A stretch of 64,000 nucleotides of DNA from Oceanispirochaeta sp. (lineage in GTDB: Bacteria; Spirochaetota; Spirochaetia; DSM-2461): contig CAXXXD010000002.1 of assembly GCA_963663385.2 (NCBI GenBank), positions 1,312,001 to 1,376,000 on the forward strand. Reading direction: 5' to 3'. How positions within the stretch are numbered: the stretch's first letter is position 1; every line of letters begins with the position of its first letter. The translations under genes were made by a program, and so were the position numbers. The notes beneath the pieces were generated by a model, which was given only the letters and a program-made list of their open reading frames with translations, was not told the DNA's origin and did not search any database. Below are positions 58,990-64,000 of the stretch, piece after piece.

Positions 58990-60120
58990 ATGAATAAATT
59001 GAAAGTAGTCACAGTTGTTGGAACCCGTCCTGAAATTATACGTTTGTCCTGTGTACTGAATAAATTGAATAATAGTAGTTCTATTGAACATACATTAGTA
59101 CATACAGGTCAGAACTATGATTTTGAGCTGAATGAAATTTTTTTTAAGGATCTTGAATTGAAAGAACCTGACTATTATCTGGATGCCGCAGGTAGTAATG
59201 CTGCGGAAACCGCAGGAAATATTCTTATTAAAATTGATCCGGTACTGGAAAAAATACAACCTGATGCCTTTCTGGTATTAGGAGACACGAATTCTTGTCT
59301 ATGTGCTATTGCTGCAAAGAAAAGGCATATCCCCATTTTCCATATGGAAGCCGGGAATCGCTGTTTTGATCAGCGTGTACCTGAGGAAACAAATCGGAAA
59401 ATTGTAGATCATATATCAGATATTAATCTTACTTATAGCTCTATCGCAAGAGAATATCTCCTCAAAGAGGGGCTTCCTGCTGACAGGATTATCAAGACAG
59501 GTAGCCCCATGTTTGAGGTTTTGAATGAATATTTACCAAAAGTTCAAAGCTCAGGAATTTTAGATGAGCTTAAGCTTAAAAAGAATGAATATTTTGTTGT
59601 ATCCTCTCATAGAGAAGAAAATATAAGTTCAGCAAAAAATTTCACTAATCTATGTAAATCTCTTAATCTTATTGCAGAAACCTATAATTTCCCGATTATT
59701 TTCAGCACACATCCCAGAACAAGAAATATGATAAAAAAACAGGATATTTCTTTTAACAAAAATATAAGATTGGAAAAGCCTTTTTCCTTAAGCGATTATC
59801 TTGCATTACAAATGAATTCAAGGGCTGTTTTATCTGACAGTGGTACTATCTCAGAAGAATCATCCATTTTGGGTTTCCCGGCTTTGAATATCAGGGATGC
59901 CCATGAAAGACCTGAAGCAATGGAAGAAGCTTCTGTTATGATGGTAGGTATGAATCCGGATCGTATAATGCAGGGTTTATCGCAGTTAGAGAATGAGAAA
60001 CAGATATCAGCAACTTTAAGAAATGTTTCTGATTATTCTATGCCTAATGTCTCTGATAAAGTGATCCGAATTATTCTCTCTTATATTGATTATATTAAAA
60101 GAGTTGTCTGGAATGAATGA
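58990..60120 (+). CDS. fnlC: UDP-sugar 2-epimerase, non-hydrolysing (FnlC/WbjD/CapG)
   Basis: VGTRPEIIRL, HTGQNYD, LGDTNS, EAGNR, SDSGTISEE, ERPE. Confidence 0.9.
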   Translation: MNKLKVVTVVGTRPEIIRLSCVLNKLNNSSSIEHTLVHTGQNYDFELNEIFFKDLELKEPDYYLDAAGSNAAETAGNILIKIDPVLEKIQPDAFLVLGDTNSCLCAIAAKKRHIPIFHMEAGNRCFDQRVPEETNRKIVDHISDINLTYSSIAREYLLKEGLPADRIIKTGSPMFEVLNEYLPKVQSSGILDELKLKKNEYFVVSSHREENISSAKNFTNLCKSLNLIAETYNFPIIFSTHPRTRNMIKKQDISFNKNIRLEKPFSLSDYLALQMNSRAVLSDSGTISEESSILGFPALNIRDAHERPEAMEEASVMMVGMNPDRIMQGLSQLENEKQISATLRNVSDYSMPNVSDKVIRIILSYIDYIKRVVWNE

Positions 60121-60164
60121 TTTAGTATCTGGATAATAGAAAATTATGAAAGAAAGGAAACCTT

Positions 60165-61355
60165 ATGGACTCAATACTTCAATTGATTGGTCGTACCAGT
60201 CCCTTGTTCTTAAATGATATAGAAAAGCATAATAAAGATTTATCTGAGATTATTCAGAAATCAAAATTTTTAGTAATTGGCGGAGCTGGTTCTATAGGCT
60301 CGGCTGTTACTTTGGAGATATTCAAACGTAATCCCAGTGTATTACACGTTGTAGATATCAGTGAGAATAATCTGGTTGAATTAGTGAGAACTATACGTAG
60401 TTCTTTTGGATATATTAACGGTGAGTTTGCTACTTATGCCCTTGATTGCGGTTCAGATATTTTTTCACATTTTATGAACAGTTCTCCCGGGTATGATTAT
60501 GTATTAAACCTGTCAGCTTTAAAACATGTTAGAAGTGAAAAGGATCCTTATACATTAATGAGGATGATAGATGTTAATATATTCAATACTGATTCAACAA
60601 TGCGTATGGCAAAAGACACTGGCGCACAGAAGTATTTTTGTGTCTCCACAGATAAAGCTGCCAATCCAGTGAATATGATGGGTGCTTCAAAAAGAATCAT
60701 GGAAATGTTTTTAATGAAAAGGTCTCTGGATTTACCTGTTTCTACAGCACGATTTGCTAATGTTGCTTTTTCAGAAGGCAGTTTGTTGTATGGATTCAAT
60801 AGGAGAATTGAGAAAAATCAACCACTCTCTGCTCCTAGTGATGTAAAAAGATATTTTGTTACACCAAAGGAATCCGGGGAACTCTGTCTTATGTCATGTC
60901 TGTTAGGCGGGAATCGGGACATTTTCTTTCCTAAACTTGATTATGATAAAAACTTGTTAACATTTAGCGAGATTGCTATTAAATATCTTAATAATCTTGG
61001 TTTTGAGCCTGTTGAGTGTGCTTCTGAAGAAGAGGCACGTACATCTGTACTGTCATATAAAAAAGAAAAGAAGTATCCTGTCTATTTTTTCAAGAGCGAT
61101 ACATCCGGTGAGAAGAGTTTTGAAGAATTCTATACAGAAAAGGAAACTCTTGATTTGGATAAATTTGAAGCACTTGGTGTAATAAAGAATAACGCCGTTT
61201 ATGATGAAAAAAAACTGGATTATTTTATTGATAAAATCCACGGATTGAGAAAACTGGGGAAATGGGGGAAACGGGATATTGTGGATCTGTTCAATGAAAT
61301 GATTCCTGAGTTTAATCATATTGAAACCGGAAAAAATCTAGATAATAAAATGTAG
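60165..61355 (+). CDS. UDP-GlcNAc 4,6-dehydratase (LgaA/Lea1-like)
   Basis: ILQLIGR, GGAGSIG, DISEN, ALKHVRSE, STDKAANP, RFANVAFS. Confidence 0.82.
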   Translation: MDSILQLIGRTSPLFLNDIEKHNKDLSEIIQKSKFLVIGGAGSIGSAVTLEIFKRNPSVLHVVDISENNLVELVRTIRSSFGYINGEFATYALDCGSDIFSHFMNSSPGYDYVLNLSALKHVRSEKDPYTLMRMIDVNIFNTDSTMRMAKDTGAQKYFCVSTDKAANPVNMMGASKRIMEMFLMKRSLDLPVSTARFANVAFSEGSLLYGFNRRIEKNQPLSAPSDVKRYFVTPKESGELCLMSCLLGGNRDIFFPKLDYDKNLLTFSEIAIKYLNNLGFEPVECASEEEARTSVLSYKKEKKYPVYFFKSDTSGEKSFEEFYTEKETLDLDKFEALGVIKNNAVYDEKKLDYFIDKIHGLRKLGKWGKRDIVDLFNEMIPEFNHIETGKNLDNKM

Positions 61356-61367
61356 TGCCGAGGGTAT

Positions 61368-61982
61368 ATGTCAGATATGCAAGTTCGAATTAGAGCAATG
61401 GAAGAAAGTGATAAAAAAGAAGTAGCAAAAGTCCATATGAAATCTTTTAAAGGATTTTTCCTAACTGTTCTGGGAACCAGATTCCTTGAAACACTATATT
61501 CTTATTTTGTCATGGATAAATCAGGTATCGCATATATTGCTGTTGATTCCAATGATAGGGTTATTGGTTTTGTGGCTGGATCATTAGAGCCTGAAGGTTT
61601 TTATACAAGGGCACTTAAAACCAAGTTGTTTTCCTTTTGTATTGCTTCAATTTCTCCAATTCTAAAAAAACCTGGAATTATCCTTAGACTATTAAGAGCC
61701 TTCAATAAACCTGGAGAATCAAGAGAATTGGCTGGATATAGTGAATTAATGTCTATAGGAGTTCTTCCTGAAGCAATCGGGACAGGTGTAGGTCGTTTAC
61801 TGGAAGAAACTTTTTGTCAACATGTAACTAAATATGAAGGTAAATATGTCACTTTGACTACCGATAAACTTGGTAATGATCATGTGAATAATTTTTATAT
61901 ATCCTGCGGGTATCACATAATGAATGAGTTTATTACAAAAGAAAAACGGGAAATGTATCGTTATCTTAAAGAAATAAATTAG
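61368..61982 (+). CDS. GNAT N-acetyltransferase
   Basis: VAKVH..F..FFL, ELMSIGV..GTGVG, LTTD..N..V..FY..GY. Confidence 0.82.
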   Translation: MSDMQVRIRAMEESDKKEVAKVHMKSFKGFFLTVLGTRFLETLYSYFVMDKSGIAYIAVDSNDRVIGFVAGSLEPEGFYTRALKTKLFSFCIASISPILKKPGIILRLLRAFNKPGESRELAGYSELMSIGVLPEAIGTGVGRLLEETFCQHVTKYEGKYVTLTTDKLGNDHVNNFYISCGYHIMNEFITKEKREMYRYLKEIN

Positions 61983-61989
61983 GTATTTT

Positions 61990-63210
61990 ATGAATATAGT
62001 CTTTTTTTCGATGTGGTACACCCCCGAACCTGTTGGTAAACCGCATTCACTAGCTAAAGAACTGGTTCTTCTTGGGCATTCTGTTACAGTAGTTACAACG
62101 TTCCCTAATTATCCGGAAGGCAAAGTATATAATCAATATAAGAACTGTAAATTTATCTATAGAGAGGAATTGGACGGAGTAAAAATTATAAGGGTCCGTG
62201 CAAAAATTGACCGAAGCACAAATGCTTTTAAACGGATGATTGCCATGAGTTCTTTTTCTATTAACTCAGTCTTCGTTTCTCTTTTCCTAAAGGGGAAAAC
62301 GGATATTGTCTGGACTTATCAGATAGGGTTGCCCGGTATGCTTTATTCGATTATCAGGAGAATCCCTCATTTACATGAGATTCAGGATTTATGGCCGGCC
62401 TGGGGAGAAGGCAGTCTTAGAGGTATTTCCGGGTCTTTAGCCAAATTCCTCGTTAAATACCAGAGAATGATTTATAATCAGGCCAAACATTTAACAACGA
62501 TTTCAGAAGGTTTCTCCAAGGCTGTTTCCGAGATATATAAAATACCGGAAAATAAAATATCGATTCTACCCAACTGGGCTGACAGTCAGCAGTTTAATTG
62601 TATAAATCATAAGGATGCAACTAGAGCGCAATTTGATCTCCCTGACGGATTTCTGATCACATATGGTGGCAATATCGGTACTGCTCAGGGGCTGGATGCT
62701 TTGGTGAGCTCATCCATTGTATTGAAAGATATTCCTGATCTGTATGTTGTTATTGTTGGAGATGGAGTAGAGAAAGAGCGATTGATGAGTATTGCTTCAA
62801 AGGCAGGTAATTCGAATTTGATATTTCGTCCTAAAATCCCTGCTTCAGAAATGGGTGCTTTGCTGGCTGTTTCTGATGTCCTTTATCTAGGTTTGGGTAA
62901 GGATAAAAAATATTCGATCACAATTCCATCAAAAACTTATGCCTATTTATCTGCGGCAAAACCCATCCTTGCTGTAGCAGATCCGGAAGGAGATGTCGCT
63001 AAACTGATAAAAATGAATGATCTTGGATTTGTTGCTCCTCCTGAGGATGTTGACCGTATCGTTAAAACTATTAGGAAAATTTTAGATACTGATCCTGTGA
63101 AGATGAGAGAAATGGGTGATAAGGCCTATAAATTGATACAGACAAAATTTTCCGGACCTTATATAGCGAGGGATTATTCCAATCTGCTGGATGAAATTCA
63201 ACGTAATTAA
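61990..63210 (+). CDS. Glycosyltransferase family 4 (WbuB-like L-FucNAc transferase)
   Basis: Y.PE, T.FPNYPEG, QDLWP, PNWAD, YGGNIG.AQGL, PSK..YL. Confidence 0.85.
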   Translation: MNIVFFSMWYTPEPVGKPHSLAKELVLLGHSVTVVTTFPNYPEGKVYNQYKNCKFIYREELDGVKIIRVRAKIDRSTNAFKRMIAMSSFSINSVFVSLFLKGKTDIVWTYQIGLPGMLYSIIRRIPHLHEIQDLWPAWGEGSLRGISGSLAKFLVKYQRMIYNQAKHLTTISEGFSKAVSEIYKIPENKISILPNWADSQQFNCINHKDATRAQFDLPDGFLITYGGNIGTAQGLDALVSSSIVLKDIPDLYVVIVGDGVEKERLMSIASKAGNSNLIFRPKIPASEMGALLAVSDVLYLGLGKDKKYSITIPSKTYAYLSAAKPILAVADPEGDVAKLIKMNDLGFVAPPEDVDRIVKTIRKILDTDPVKMREMGDKAYKLIQTKFSGPYIARDYSNLLDEIQRN

Positions 63211-63244
63211 AAAACTTTAAAATTGGAGAATTGGGAGGCTTTAA

Positions 63245-64000
63245 ATGGGTGGTAATATTGATTGGAAAGTTCAGTTTTTTAAACTAAATTATGATAAAAG
63301 AGAACTTGATGCCGTTAGGGATACTCTTGAATCTGGTTGGATAACCATGGGGCAGAGAACTATTGATTTTGAAAATGCTTATAGTTCTTATTTAGGTGAA
63401 GATGCTAAATGTCTGGCTGTCGCAAACGGCACAGCCGCATTGCATATTGCTGTGCAATCATTAGGCTTGCAACCGGATGATGAAGTGATTGTACCTTCCT
63501 ATACATTTATTGCTGATCTGAATGTTGTCAGTATCACAGGTGCAAAAATTGTATTGGCAGATATTGTTTCTAAAACTGATCTGACAATGGATCCTGATGA
63601 TATCAAAAGGAAAATTACTGAAAAAACAAAAGCTGTTTTAATTGTTCACTATGGTGGATATTCATGTGACCTAGATCCAATTTTAGAAATCTGTCGGGAA
63701 AATAAGCTTAAATTGATAGAAGATTGTGCTCATGTCCCCGGTGGGGATTATAAAGGAAGAAAACTGGGAACATTTGGTGATTTATCAGCCTGGAGTTTTT
63801 TTACAAATAAGAATCTTGCTGTTGGCGAGGGAGGTATGGTTGTCACAAGAGATCCGGAATTGTATGAGAAATGCAAGTATCTAAGATCTCATGGGATGAC
63901 CGTAGCCAGTTTTGATAGGATGAAAGGGAGAGCTGCTACCTATGATGTAGTTGCTCCTGGTTTCAATTATAGAATTGATGAAATGAGATCCGCTTTGGGT
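63245..64000 (+). CDS. DegT/DnrJ/EryC1/StrS aminotransferase, 3' end outside window
   Basis: Absent from the ORF track. SD GGGAGG; MGGNIDWKVQFFKL..SGWITMG..NGTAALH..IEDCAH..SFFTNKNL..GEGG..GFNYR. Confidence 0.9.
   Translation, partial: MGGNIDWKVQFFKLNYDKRELDAVRDTLESGWITMGQRTIDFENAYSSYLGEDAKCLAVANGTAALHIAVQSLGLQPDDEVIVPSYTFIADLNVVSITGAKIVLADIVSKTDLTMDPDDIKRKITEKTKAVLIVHYGGYSCDLDPILEICRENKLKLIEDCAHVPGGDYKGRKLGTFGDLSAWSFFTNKNLAVGEGGMVVTRDPELYEKCKYLRSHGMTVASFDRMKGRAATYDVVAPGFNYRIDEMRSALG

Noticed and set aside
1..64000. tRNA, rRNA, riboswitch, prophage or IS elements
   Set aside because: None recognised by eye; an Infernal/tRNAscan search would be needed to exclude small RNAs, especially at 29.7-30.8 kb.

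Overview
Bacterial chromosomal window, most likely from a free-living spirochaete. This is inferred from the XPB helicase plus partner gene, the SH3 lipoprotein and the Bdr-like proteins, and is not proven. It has three parts. (1) 1-19 kb, housekeeping and signalling: an XPB helicase pair, two degenerate-GGDEF/EAL proteins, an Opp-type ABC operon, an orphan histidine kinase, an ABC-F ATPase and an SH3 lipoprotein. (2) 19-31.3 kb, accessory zone: a dprA-comM-yraN cassette; two paralogous membrane-anchored heptad-repeat (DKRFE..) genes bracketing a SNF2 helicase plus partner; a tripartite hipBST-like toxin-antitoxin operon with three 40-bp-spaced operators; a decayed higBA; and a ~0.9-kb hairpin/REP-rich leader before a winged-helix regulator. 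Four consecutive genes at 21.6-25.9 kb each carry a single-base homopolymer frameshift. (3) 31.6-64 kb, an AT-rich, apparently mosaic Wzx/Wzy surface-glycan cluster: gmd, a pseudaminic-acid-type pathway lacking recognisable PseB and PseG, extra oxidoreductase/aminotransferase/GNAT/cytidylyltransferase modules, CDP-6-deoxyhexose genes, FnlABC, and an LgaA-like dehydratase. No rRNA, tRNA, CRISPR, integrase or transposase was recognised.
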